Shown: in pieces, positions 1 through 15,000 of the stretch
How positions within the stretch are numbered: position 1 is the first letter of the stretch
How the letters are laid out: every line of letters begins with the position of its first letter
Assembly: GCA_964057225.1 (NCBI GenBank)
Contig: CAXKVF010000094.1
Location: forward strand, 1-64,000
DNA: 64,000 nt
Source: Auanema rhodensis
Lineage: Eukaryota; Animalia; Nematoda
Direction of reading: 5' to 3'
Notes under the pieces: generated by a model
The model's input: only the letters and a program-made list of their open reading frames with translations
The model's database searches: none
Told to the model about the DNA's origin: nothing
Translations under genes and position numbers: made by a program

Positions 1-3000
1 AGCATAAATTAAAGTTCACGTAAATTTCAAAGTCATGGTTACCATGAACCAATATCAATAAAAATTTGTTTTTAGACTAATATGGACATGGGGAATCTAA
101 TTTTGAAAACCGCATCTCTTTATCTTTCACGTGAAGCGAGTTACATACCAAGTGCACATCACGTGTACATTTAATTAGCATAAATTAAAGTTCACGTAAA
201 TTTCAAAGTCATGGTTACCATGAAGCAATATCAATAAAAATTTGTTTTTAGACTAATATGGACATGGGGAATCTAATTTTGAAAACCGCATCTTTTTATC
301 TTTCACGTGAAGCGAGTTACATACCAAGTGCACATCACGTGTACATTTAATTAGCATAAATTAAAGTTCACGTAAATTTCAAAGTCATGGTTACCATGCA
401 CCAATATCAATAAAAATTTGTTTTTAGACTAATATGGACATGGGGAATCTAATTTTGAAAACCGCATCTCTTTATCTTTCACGTGAAGCGAGTTACATAC
501 CAAGTGCACATCACGTGTACATTTAATTAGCATAAATTAAAGTTCACGTAAATTTCAAAGTCATGGTTACCATGCACCAATATCAATAAAAATTTGTTTT
601 TAGACTAATATGGACATGGGGGATCTAATTTTGAAAACCGCATCTCTTTATCTTTCACGTGAAGCGAGTTACATACCAAGTGCACATCACGTGTACATTT
701 AATTAGCATAAATTAAAGTTCACGTAAATTTCAAAGTCATGGTTACCATGAACCAATATCAATAAAAATTTGTTTTTAGACTAATATGGACATGGGGAAT
801 CTAATTTTGAAAACCGCATCTCTTTATCTTTCACGTGAAGCGAGTTACATACCAAGTGCACATCACGTGTACATTTAATTAGCATAAATTAAAGTTCACG
901 TAAATTTCAAAGTCATGGTTACCATGCACCAATATCAATAAAAATTTGTTTTTAGACTAATATGGACATGGGGAATCTAATTTTGAAAACCGCATCTCTT
1001 TATCTTTCACGTGAAGCGAGTTACATACCAAGTGCACATCACGTGTACATTTAATTAGCATAAATTAAAGTTCACGTAAATTTCAAAGTCATGGTTATCA
1101 TGCACCAATATCAATAAAAATTTGTTTTTAGACTAATATGGACATGGGGAATCTAATTTTGAAAACCGCATCTCTTTATCTTTCACGTGAAGCGAGTTAC
1201 ATACCAAGTGCACATCACGTGTACATTTAATTAGCATAAATTAAAGTTCACGTAAATTTCAAAGTCATGGTTACCATGCACCAATATCAATAAAAATTTG
1301 TTTTTAGACTAATATGGACATGGGGAATCTAATTTTGAAAACCGCATCTCTTTATCTTTCACGTGAAGCGAGTTACATACCAAGTGCACATCACGTGTAC
1401 ATTTAATTAGCATAAATTAAAGTTCACGTAAATTTCAAAGTCATGGTTACCATGTACCAATATCAATAAAAATTTGTTTTTAGACTAATATGGACATGGG
1501 GAATCTAATTTTGAAAACCGCATCTCTTTATCTTTCACGTGAAGGGAGTTACATACCAAGTGCACATCACGTGTACATTTAATTAGCATAAATTAAAGTT
1601 CACGTAAATTTCAAAGTCATGGTTACCATGAAGCAATATCAATAAAAATTTGTTTTTAGACTAATATGGACATGGGGAATCTAATTTTGAAAACCGCATC
1701 TCTTTATCTTTCACGTGAAGGGAGTTACATACCAAGTGCACATCACGTGTACATTTAATTAGCATAAATTAAAGTTCACGTAAATTTCAAAGTCATGGTT
1801 ACCATGAACCAATATCAATAAAAATTTGTTTTTAGACTAATATGGACATGGGGAATCTAATTTTGAAAACCGCATCTCTTTATCTTTCACGTGAAGCGAG
1901 TTACATACCAAGTGCACATCACGTGTACATTTAATTAGCATAAATTAAAGTTCACGTAAATTTCAAAGTCATGGTTACCATGCACCAATATCAATAAAAA
2001 TTTGTTTTTAGACTAATATTGACATGGGGAATCTAATTTTGAAAACCGCATCTCTTTATCTTTCACGTGAAGCGAGTTACATACCAAGTGCACATTACGT
2101 GTACATTTAATTAGCATAAATTAAAGTTCACGTAAAATTCAAAGTCATGGTTACCATGCACCAATATCAATAAAAATTTGTTTTTAGACTAATATGGACA
2201 TGGGGAATCTAATTTTGAAAACCGCATCTCTTTATCTTTCACGTGAAGCGAGTTACATACCAAGTGCACATCACGTGTACATTTAATTAGCATAAATTAA
2301 AGTTCACGTAAATTTCAAAGTCATGGTTACCATGCACCAATATCAATAAAAATTTGTTTTTAGACTAATATGGACATGGGGAATCTAATTTTGAAAACCG
2401 CATTTCTTTATCTTTCACGTGAAGCGAGTTACATACCAAGTGCACATTACGTGTACATTTAATTAGCATAAATTAAAGTTCACGTAAAATTCAAAGTCAT
2501 GGTTACCATGCACCAATATCAATAAAAATTTGTTTTTAGACTAATATGGGCATGGGGAATCTAATTTTGAAAACCGCATCTCTTTATCTTTCACGTGAAG
2601 CGAGTTACATACCAAGTGCACATCACGTGTACATTTAATTAGCATAAATTAAAGTTCACGTAAATTTCAAAGTCATGGTTACCATGAACCAATATCAATA
2701 AAAATTTGTTTTTAGACTAATATGGACATGGGGAATCTAATTTTGAAAACCGCATCTCTTTATCTTTCACGTGAAGCGAGTTACATACCAAGTGCACATC
2801 ACGTGTACATTTAATTAGCATAAATTAAAGTTCACGTAAATTTCAAAGTCATGGTTACCATGCACCAATATCAATAAAAATTTGTTTTTAGACTAATATG
2901 GACATGGGGAATCTAATTTTGAAAACCGCATCTCTTTTTCTTTCACGTGAAGCGAGTTACATACCAAGTGCACATCACGTGTACATTTAATTAGCATAAA

Positions 3001-6000
3001 TTAAAGTTCACGTAAATTTCAAAGTCATGGTTACCATGCACCAATATCAATAAAAATTTGTTTTTAGACTAATATGGACATGGGGAATCTAATTTTGAAA
3101 ACCGCATCTCTTTTTCTTTCACGTGAAGCGAGTTACATACCAAGTGCACATCACGTGTACAATTAATTAGCATAAATTAAAGTTCACGTAAATTTCAAAG
3201 TCATGGTTACCATGCACCAATATCAATAAAAATTTGTTTTTAGACTAATATGGACATGGGGAATCTAATTTTGAAAACCGCATCTCTTTATCTTTCACGT
3301 GAAGCGAGTTACATACCAAGTGCACATTACGTGTACATTTAATTAGCATAAATTAAAGTTCACGTAAATTTCAAAGTCATGGTTACCATGAACCAATATC
3401 AATACAAATTTGTTTTTAGACTAATATGGACATGGGGAATCTAATTTTGAAAACCGCATCTCTTTATCTTTCACGTGAAGCGAGTTACATACCAAGTGCA
3501 CATTACGTGTACATTTAATTAGCATAAATTAAAGTTCACGTAAAATTCAAAGTCATGGTTACCATGCACCAATATCAATAAAAATTTGTTTTTAGACTAA
3601 TATGGACATGGGGAATCTAATTTGGAAAACCGCATCTCTTTATCTTTCACGTGAAGCGAGTTACATACCAAGTGCACATCACGTGTACATTTAATTAGCA
3701 TAAATTAAAGTTCACGTAAATTTCAAAGTCATGGTTACCATGCACCAATATCAATAAAAATTTGTTTTTAGACTAATATGGACATGGGGAATCTAATTTT
3801 GAAAACCGCATCTCTTTATCTTTCACGTGAAGGGAGTTACATACCAAGTGCACATCACGTGTACATTTAATTAGCATAAATTAAAGTTCACGTAAATTTC
3901 AAAGTCATGGTTACCATGAAGCAATATCAATAAAAATTTGTTTTTAGACTAATATGGACATGGGGAATCTAATTTTGAAAACCGCATCTCTTTATCTTTC
4001 ACGTGAAGGGAGTTACATACCAAGTGCACATCACGTGTACATTTAATTAGCATAAATTAAAGTTCACGTAAATTTCAAAGTCATGGTTACCATGAACCAA
4101 TATCAATAAAAATTTGTTTTTAGACTAATATGGACATGGGGAATCTAATTTTGAAAACCGCATCTCTTTATCTTTCACGTGAAGGGAGTTACATACCAAG
4201 TGCACATCACGTGTACATTTAATTAGCATAAATTAAAGTTCACGTAAATTTCAAAGTCATGGTTACCATGAAGCAATATCAATAAAAATTTGTTTTTAGA
4301 CTAATATGGACATGGGGAATCTAATTTTGAAAACCGCATCTCTTTATCTTTCACGTGAAGCGAGTTACATACCAAGTGCACATCACGTGTACATTTAATT
4401 AGCATAAATTAAAGTTCACGTAAATTTCAAAGTCATGGTTACCATGCACCAATATCAATAAAAATTTGTTTTTAGACTAATATTGACATGGGGAATCTAA
4501 TTTTGAAAACCGCATCTCTTTATCTTTCACGTGAAGCGAGTTACATACCAAGTGCACATTACGTGTACATTTAATTAGCATAAATTAAAGTTCACGTAAA
4601 ATTCAAAGTCATGGTTACCATGCACCAATATCAATAAAAATTTGTTTTTAGACTAATATGGACATGGGGAATCTAATTTTGAAAACCGCATCTCTTTATC
4701 TTTCACGTGAAGCGAGTTACATACCAAGTGCACATCACGTGTACATTTAATTAGCATAAATTAAAGTTCACGTAAATTTCAAAGTCATGGTTACCATGAA
4801 CCAATATCAATAAAAATTTGTTTTTAGACTAATATGGACATGGGGAATCTAATTTTGAAAACCGCATCTCTTTATCTTTCACGTGAAGCGAGTTACATAC
4901 CAAGTGCACATCACGTGTACATTTAATTAGCATAAATTAAAGTTCACGTAAATTTCAAAGTCATGGTTACCATGCACCAATATCAATAAAAATTTGTTTT
5001 TAGACTAATATGGACATGGGGAATCTAATTTTGAAAACCGCATTTCTTTATCTTTCACGTGAAGCGAGTTACATACCAAGTGCACATTACGTGTACATTT
5101 AATTAGCATAAATTAAAGTTCACGTAAAATTCAAAGTCATGGTTACCATGCACCAATATCAATAAAAATTTGTTTTTAGACTAATATGGGCATGGGGGAT
5201 TTAATTTTGAAAACCGCATCTCTTTATCTTTCACGTGAAGCGAGTTACATACCAAGTGCACATCACGTGTACATTTAATTAGCATAAATTAAAGTTCACG
5301 TAAATTTCAAAGTCATGGTTACCATGAACCAATATCAATAAAAATTTGTTTTTAGACTAATATGGACATGGGGAATCTAATTTTGAAAACCGCATCTCTT
5401 TATCTTTCACGTGAAGCGAGTTACATACCAAGTGCACATCACGTGTACATTTAATTAGCATAAATTAAAGTTCACGTAAATTTCAAAGTCATGGTTACCA
5501 TGCACCAATATCAATAAAAATTTGTTTTTAGACTAATATGGACATGGGGAATCTAATTTTGAAAACCGCATCTCTTTTTCTTTCACGTGAAGCGAGTTAC
5601 ATACCAAGTGCACATCACGTGTACATTTAATTAGCATAAATTAAAGTTCACGTAAATTTCAAAGTCATGGTTACCATGCACCAATATCAATAAAAATTTG
5701 TTTTTAGACTAATATGGACATGGGGAATCTAATTTTGAAAACCGCATCTCTTTTTCTTTCACGTGAAGCGAGTTACATACCAAGTGCACATCACGTGTAC
5801 AATTAATTAGCATAAATTAAAGTTCACGTAAATTTCAAAGTCATGGTTACCATGCACCAATATCAATAAAAATTTGTTTTTAGACTAATATGGACATGGG
5901 GAATCTAATTTTGAAAACCGCATCTCTTTATCTTTCACGTGAAGCGAGTTACATACCAAGTGCACATTACGTGTACATTTAATTAGCATAAATTAAAGTT

Positions 6001-9000
6001 CACGTAAATTTCAAAGTCATGGTTACCATGAACCAATATCAATACAAATTTGTTTTTAGACTAATATGGACATGGGGAATCTAATTTTGAAAACCGCATC
6101 TCTTTATCTTTCACGTGAAGCGAGTTACATACCAAGTGCACATTACGTGTACATTTAATTAGCATAAATTAAAGTTCACGTAAAATTCAAAGTCATGGTT
6201 ACCATGCACCAATATCAATAAAAATTTGTTTTTAGACTAATATGGACATGGGGAATCTAATTTGGAAAACCGCATCTCTTTATCTTTCACGTGAAGCGAG
6301 TTACATACCAAGTGCACATCACGTGTACATTTAATTAGCATAAATTAAAGTTCACGTAAATTTCAAAGTCATGGTTACCATGCACCAATATCAATAAAAA
6401 TTTGTTTTTAGACTAATATGGACATGGGGAATCTAATTTTGAAAACCGCATCTCTTTATCTTTCACGTGAAGGGAGTTACATACCAAGTGCACATCACGT
6501 GTACATTTAATTAGCATAAATTAAAGTTCACGTAAATTTCAAAGTCATGGTTACCATGAAGCAATATCAATAAAAATTTGTTTTTAGACTAATATGGACA
6601 TGGGGAATCTAATTTTGAAAACCGCATCTCTTTATCTTTCACGTGAAGGGAGTTACATACCAAGTGCACATCACGTGTACATTTAATTAGCATAAATTAA
6701 AGTTCACGTAAATTTCAAAGTCATGGTTACCATGAACCAATATCAATAAAAATTTGTTTTTAGACTAATATGGACATGGGGAATCTAATTTTGAAAACCG
6801 CATCTCTTTATCTTTCACGTGAAGGGAGTTACATACCAAGTGCACATCACGTGTACATTTAATTAGCATAAATTAAAGTTCACGTAAATTTCAAAGTCAT
6901 GGTTACCATGAAGCAATATCAATAAAAATTTGTTTTTAGACTAATATGGACATGGGGAATCTAATTTTGAAAACCGCATCTCTTTATCTTTCACGTGAAG
7001 GGAGTTACATACCAAGTGCACATCACGTGTACATTTAATTAGCATAAATTAAAGTTCACGTAAATTTCAAAGTCATGGTTACCATGAACCAATATCAATA
7101 AAAATTTGTTTTTAGACTAATATGGACATGGGGAATCTAATTTTGAAAACCGCATCTCTTTATCTTTCACGTGAAGCGAGTTACATACCAAGTGCACATC
7201 ACGTGTACATTTAATTAGCATAAATTAAAGTTCACGTAAATTTCAAAGTCATGGTTACCATGCACCAATATCAATAAAAATTTGTTTTTAGACTAATATT
7301 GACATGGGGAATCTAATTTTGAAAACCGCATCTCTTTATCTTTCACGTGAAGCGAGTTACATACCAAGTGCACATTACGTGTACATTTAATTAGCATAAA
7401 TTAAAGTTCACGTAAAATTCAAAGTCATGGTTACCATGCACCAATATCAATAAAAATTTGTTTTTAGACTAATATGGACATGGGGAATCTAATTTTGAAA
7501 ACCGCATCTCTTTATCTTTCACGTGAAGCGAGTTACATACCAAGTGCACATCACGTGTACATTTAATTAGCATAAATTAAAGTTCACGTAAATTTCAAAG
7601 TCATGGTTACCATGAACCAATATCAATAAAAATTTGTTTTTAGACTAATATGGACATGGGGAATCTAATTTTGAAAACCGCATCTCTTTATCTTTCACGT
7701 GAAGCGAGTTACATACCAAGTGCACATCACGTGTACATTTAATTAGCATAAATTAAAGTTCACGTAAATTTCAAAGTCATGGTTACCATGCACCAATATC
7801 AATAAAAATTTGTTTTTAGACTAATATGGACATGGGGAATCTAATTTTGAAAACCGCATTTCTTTATCTTTCACGTGAAGCGAGTTACATACCAAGTGCA
7901 CATTACGTGTACATTTAATTAGCATAAATTAAAGTTCACGTAAAATTCAAAGTCATGGTTACCATGCACCAATATCAATAAAAATTTGTTTTTAGACTAA
8001 TATGGGCATGGGGAATCTAATTTTGAAAACCGCATCTCTTTATCTTTCACGTGAAGCGAGTTACATACCAAGTGCACATCACGTGTACATTTAATTAGCA
8101 TAAATTAAAGTTCACGTAAATTTCAAAGTCATGGTTACCATGAACCAATATCAATAAAAATTTGTTTTTAGACTAATATGGACATGGGGAATCTAATTTT
8201 GAAAACCGCATCTCTTTATCTTTCACGTGAAGCGAGTTACATACCAAGTGCACATCACGTGTACATTTAATTAGCATAAATTAAAGTTCACGTAAATTTC
8301 AAAGTCATGGTTACCATGCACCAATATCAATAAAAATTTGTTTTTAGACTAATATGGACATGGGGAATCTAATTTTGAAAACCGCATCTCTTTTTCTTTC
8401 ACGTGAAGCGAGTTACATACCAAGTGCACATCACGTGTACATTTAATTAGCATAAATTAAAGTTCACGTAAATTTCAAAGTCATGGTTACCATGCACCAA
8501 TATCAATAAAAATTTGTTTTTAGACTAATATGGACATGGGGAATCTAATTTTGAAAACCGCATCTCTTTTTCTTTCACGTGAAGCGAGTTACATACCAAG
8601 TGCACATCACGTGTACAATTAATTAGCATAAATTAAAGTTCACGTAAATTTCAAAGTCATGGTTACCATGCACCAATATCAATAAAAATTTGTTTTTAGA
8701 CTAATATGGACATGGGGAATCTAATTTTGAAAACCGCATCTCTTTATCTTTCACGTGAAGCGAGTTACATACCAAGTGCACATTACGTGTACATTTAATT
8801 AGCATAAATTAAAGTTCACGTAAATTTCAAAGTCATGGTTACCATGAACCAATATCAATACAAATTTGTTTTTAGACTAATATGGACATGGGGAATCTAA
8901 TTTTGAAAACCGCATCTCTTTATCTTTCACGTGAAGCGAGTTACATACCAAGTGCACATTACGTGTACATTTAATTAGCATAAATTAAAGTTCACGTAAA

Positions 9001-12000
9001 ATTCAAAGTCATGGTTACCATGCACCAATATCAATAAAAATTTGTTTTTAGACTAATATGGACATGGGGAATCTAATTTGGAAAACCGCATCTCTTTATC
9101 TTTCACGTGAAGCGAGTTACATACCAAGTGCACATCACGTGTACATTTAATTAGCATAAATTAAAGTTCACGTAAATTTCAAAGTCATGGTTACCATGCA
9201 CCAATATCAATAAAAATTTGTTTTTAGACTAATATGGACATGGGGAATCTAATTTTGAAAACCGCATCTCTTTATCTTTCACGTGAAGGGAGTTACATAC
9301 CAAGTGCACATCACGTGTACATTTAATTAGCATAAATTAAAGTTCACGTAAATTTCAAAGTCATGGTTACCATGAAGCAATATCAATAAAAATTTGTTTT
9401 TAGACTAATATGGACATGGGGAATCTAATTTTGAAAACCGCATCTCTTTATCTTTCACGTGAAGGGAGTTACATACCAAGTGCACATCACGTGTACATTT
9501 AATTAGCATAAATTAAAGTTCACGTAAATTTCAAAGTCATGGTTACCATGAACCAATATCAATAAAAATTTGTTTTTAGACTAATATGGACATGGGGAAT
9601 CTAATTTTGAAAACCGCATCTCTTTATCTTTCACGTGAAGCGAGTTACATACCAAGTGCACATCACGTGTACATTTAATTAGCATAAATTAAAGTTCACG
9701 TAAATTTCAAAGTCATGGTTACCATGCACCAATATCAATAAAAATTTGTTTTTAGACTAATATGGACATGGGGAATCTAATTTTGAAAACCGCATCTCTT
9801 TATCTTTCACGTGAAGCGAGTTACATACCAAGTGCACATTACGTGTACATTTAATTAGCATAAATTAAAGTTCACGTAAATTTCAAAGTCATGGTTACCA
9901 TGAACCAATATCAATACAAATTTGTTTTTAGACTAATATGGACATGGGGAATCTAATTTTGAAAACCGCATCTCTTTATCTTTCACGTGAAGCGAGTTAC
10001 ATACCAAGTGCACATTACGTGTACATTTAATTAGCATAAATTAAAGTTCACGTAAATTTCAAAGTCATGGTTACCATGAACCAATATCAATACAAATTTG
10101 TTTTTAGACTAATATGGACATGGGGAATCTAATTTTGAAAACCGCATCTCTTTATCTTTCACGTGAAGCGAGTTACATACCAAGTGCACATTACGTGTAC
10201 ATTTAATTAGCATAAATTAAAGTTCACGTAAAATTCAAAGTCATGGTTACCATGCACCAATATCAATAAAAATTTGTTTTTAGACTAATATGGACATGGG
10301 GAATCTAATTTTGAAAACCGCATCTCTTTATCTTTCACGTGAAGCGAGTTACATACCAAGTGCACATTACGTGTACATTTAATTAGCATAAATTAAAGTT
10401 CACGTAAATTTCAAAGTCATGGTTACCATGAACCAATATCAATACAAATTTGTTTTTAGACTAATATGGACATGGGGAATCTAATTTTGAAAACCGCATC
10501 TCTTTATCTTTCACGTGAAGCGAGTTACATACCAAGTGCACATCACGTGTACATTTAATTAGCATAAATTAAAGTTCACGTAAATTTCAAAGTCATGGTT
10601 ACCATGAACCAATATCAATAAAAATTTGTTTTTAGACTAATATGGACATGGGGAATCTAATTTTGAAAACCGCATCTCTTTATCTTTCACGTGAAGCGAG
10701 TTACATACCAAGTGCACATCACGTGTACATTTAATTAGCATAAATTAAAGTTCACGTAAATTTCAAAGTCATGGTTACCATGCACCAATATCAATAAAAA
10801 TTTGTTTTTAGACTAATATGGACATGGGGAATCTAATTTTGAAAACCGCATCTCTTTATCTTTCACGTGAAGCGAGTTACATACCAAGTGCACATCACGT
10901 GTACAATTAATTAGCATAAATTAAAGTTCACGTAAATTTCAAAGTCATGGTTACCATGAACCAATATCAATAAAAATTTGTTTTTAGACTAATATGGACA
11001 TGGGGAATCTAATTTTGAAAACCGCATCTCTTTATCTTTCACGTGAAGCGAGTTACATACCAAGTGCACATTACGTGTACATTTAATTAGCATAAATTAA
11101 AGTTCACGTAAATTTCAAAGTCATGGTTACCATGAACCAATATCAATACAAATTTGTTTTTAGACTAATATGGACATGGGGAATCTAATTTTGAAAACCG
11201 CATCTCTTTATCTTTCACGTGAAGCGAGTTACATACCAAGTGCACATTACGTGTACATTTAATTAGCATAAATTAAAGTTCACGTAAAATTCAAAGTCAT
11301 GGTTACCATGCACCAATATCAATAAAAATTTGTTTTTAGACTAATATGGACATGGGGAATCTAATTTTGAAAACCGCATCTCTTTATCTTTCACGTGAAG
11401 CGAGTTACATACCAAGTGCACATCACGTGTACATTTAATTAGCATAAATTAAAGTTCACGTAAATTTCAAAGTCATGGTTACCATGCACCAATATCAATA
11501 AAAATTTGTTTTTAGACTAATATGGACATGGGGAATCTAATTTTGAAAACCGCATCTCTTTATCTTTCACGTGAAGGGAGTTACATACCAAGTGCACATC
11601 ACGTGTACATTTAATTAGCATAAATTAAAGTTCACGTAAATTTCAAAGTCATGGTTACCATGAAGCAATATCAATAAAAATTTGTTTTTAGACTAATATG
11701 GACATGGGGAATCTAATTTTGAAAACCGCATCTCTTTATCTTTCACGTGAAGGGAGTTACATACCAAGTGCACATCACGTGTACATTTAATTAGCATAAA
11801 TTAAAGTTCACGTAAATTTCAAAGTCATGGTTACCATGAACCAATATCAATAAAAATTTGTTTTTAGACTAATATGGACATGGGGAATCTAATTTTGAAA
11901 ACCGCATCTCTTTATCTTTCACGTGAAGCGAGTTACATACCAAGTGCACATCACGTGTACATTTAATTAGCATAAATTAAAGTTCACGTAAATTTCAAAT

Positions 12001-15000
12001 TCATGGTTACCATGCACCAATATCAATAAAAATTTGTTTTTAGACTAATATGGACATGGGGAATCTAATTTTGAAAACCGCATCTCTTTATCTTTCACGT
12101 GAAGCGAGTTACATACCAAGTGCACATTACGTGTACATTTAATTAGCATAAATTAAAGTTCACGTAAAATTCAAAGTCATGGTTACCATGCACCAATATC
12201 AATAAAAATTTGTTTTTAGACTAATATGGACATGGGGAATCTAATTTTGAAAACCGCATCTCTTTATCTTTCACGTGAAGCGAGTTACATACCAAGTGCA
12301 CATCACGTGTACATTTAATTAGCATAAATTAAAGTTCACGTAAATTTCAAAGTCATGGTTACCATGAACCAATATCAATAAAAATTTGTTTTTAGACTAA
12401 TATGGACATGGGGAATCTAATTTTGAAAACCGCATCTCTTTATCTTTCACGTGAAGCGAGTTACATACCAAGTGCACATCACGTGTACATTTAATTAGCA
12501 TAAATTAAAGTTCACGTAAATTTCAAAGTCATGGTTACCATGAACCAATATCAATACAAATTTGTTTTTAGACTAATATGGACATGGGGAATCTAATTTT
12601 GAAAACCGCATCTCTTTATCTTTCACGTGAAGCGAGTTACATACCAAGTGCACATTACGTGAACATTTAATTAGCATAAATTAAAGTTCACGTAAAATTC
12701 AAAGTCATGGTTACCATGCACCAATATCAATAAAAATTTGTTTTTAGACTAATATGGACATGGGGAATCTAATTTTGAAAACCGCATCTCTTTATCTTTC
12801 ACGTGAAGCGAGTTACATACCAAGTGCACATCACGTGTACATTTAATTAGCATAAATTAAAGTTCACGTAAATTTCAAAGTCATGGTTACCATGCACCAA
12901 TATCAATAAAAATTTGTTTTTAGACTAATATGGACATGGGGAATCTAATTTTGAAAACCGCATCTCTTTATCTTTCACGTGAAGCGAGTTACATACCAAG
13001 TGCACATCACGTGTACATTTAATTAGCATAAATTAAAGTTCACGTAAATTTCAAAGTCATGGTTACCATGAACCAATATCAATACAAATTTGTTTTTAGA
13101 CTAATATGGACATGGGGAATCTAATTTTGAAAACCGCATCTCTTTATCTTTCACGTGAAGCGAGTTACATACCAAGTGCACATCACGTGTACATTTAATT
13201 AGCATAAATTAAAGTTCACGTAAATTTCAAAGTCATGGTTACCATGAAGCAATATCAATAAAAATTTGTTTTTAGACTAATATGGACATGGGGAATCTAA
13301 TTTTGAAAACCGCATCTCTTTATCTTTCACGTGAAGCGAGTTACATACCAAGTGCACATCACGTGTACATTTAATTAGCATAAATTAAAGTTCACGTAAA
13401 TTTCAAAGTCATGGTTACCATGAACCAATATCAATACAAATTTGTTTTTAGACTAATATGGACATGGGGAATCTAATTTTGAAAACCGCATCTCTTTATC
13501 TTTCACGTGAAGCGAGTTACATACCAAGTGCACATCACGTGTACATTTAATCAGCATAAATTAAAGTTCACGTAAATTTCAAAGTCATGGTTACCATGCA
13601 CCAATATCAATAAAAATTTGTTTTTAGACTAATATGGACATGGGAATCTAATTTTGAAAACCGCATCTCTTTATCTTTCACGTGAAGCGAGTTACATACC
13701 AAGTGCACATCACGTGTACATTTAATTAGCATAAATTAAAGTTCACGTAAATTTCAAAGTCATGGTTACCATGAACCAATATCAATAAAAATTTGTTTTT
13801 AGACTAATATGGACATGGGGAATCTAATTTTGAAAACCGCATCTTTTTATCTTTCACGTGAAGCGAGTTACATACCAAGTGCACATCACGTGTACATTTA
13901 ATTAGCATAAATTAAAGTTCACGTAAATTTCAAAGTCATGGTTACCATGAAGCAATATCAATAAAAATTTGTTTTTAGACTAATATGGACATGGGGAATC
14001 TAATTTTGAAAACCGCATCTCTTCATCTTTCACGTGAAGCGAGTTACATACCAAGTGCACATCACGTGTACATTTAATTAGCATAAATTAAAGTTCACGT
14101 AAATTTCAAAGTCATGGTTACCATGAACCAATATCAATAAAAATTTGTTTTTAGACTAATATGGACATGGGGAATCTAATTTTGAAAACCGCATCTCTTT
14201 ATCTTTCACGTGAAGCGAGTTACATACCAAGTGCACATCACGTGTACATTTAATTAGCATAAATTAAAGTTCACGTAAAATTCAAAGTCATGGTTACCAT
14301 GAACCAATATCAATAAAAATTTGTTTTTAGACTAATATGGACATGGGGAATCTAATTTTGAAAACCGCATCTCTTTATCTTTCACGTGAAGCGAGTTACA
14401 TACCAAGTGCACATCACGTGTACATTTAATTAGCATAAATTAAAGTTCACGTAAAATTCAAAGTCATGGTTACCATGCACCAATATCAATAAAAATTTGT
14501 TTTTAGACTAATATGGACATGGGGAATCTAATTTGGAAAACCGCATCTCTTTATCTTTCACGTGAAGCGAGTTACATACCAAGTGCACATCACGTGTACA
14601 TTTAATCAGCATAAATTAAAGTTCACGTAAATTTCAAAGTCATGGTTACCATGCACCAATATCAATAAAAATTTGTTTTTAGACTAATATGGACATGGGG
14701 AATCTAATTTTGAAAACCGCATCTCTTTATCTTTCACGTGAAGGGAGTTACATACCAAGTGCACATCACGTGTACATTTAATTAGCATAAATTAAAGTTC
14801 ACGTAAATTTCAAAGTCATGGTTACCATGAAGCAATATCAATAAAAATTTGTTTTTAGACTAATATGGACATGGGGAATCTAATTTTGAAAACCGCATCT
14901 CTTTATCTTTCACGTGAAGGGAGTTACATACCAAGTGCACATCACGTGTACATTTAATTAGCATAAATTAAAGTTCACGTAAATTTCAAAGTCATGGTTA

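Noticed and set aside
158-165. ATCACGTG matches the budding-yeast CDEI consensus
   Set aside because: An 8-bp match with no CDEII/CDEIII context in a metazoan-like satellite; treated as a generic E-box.
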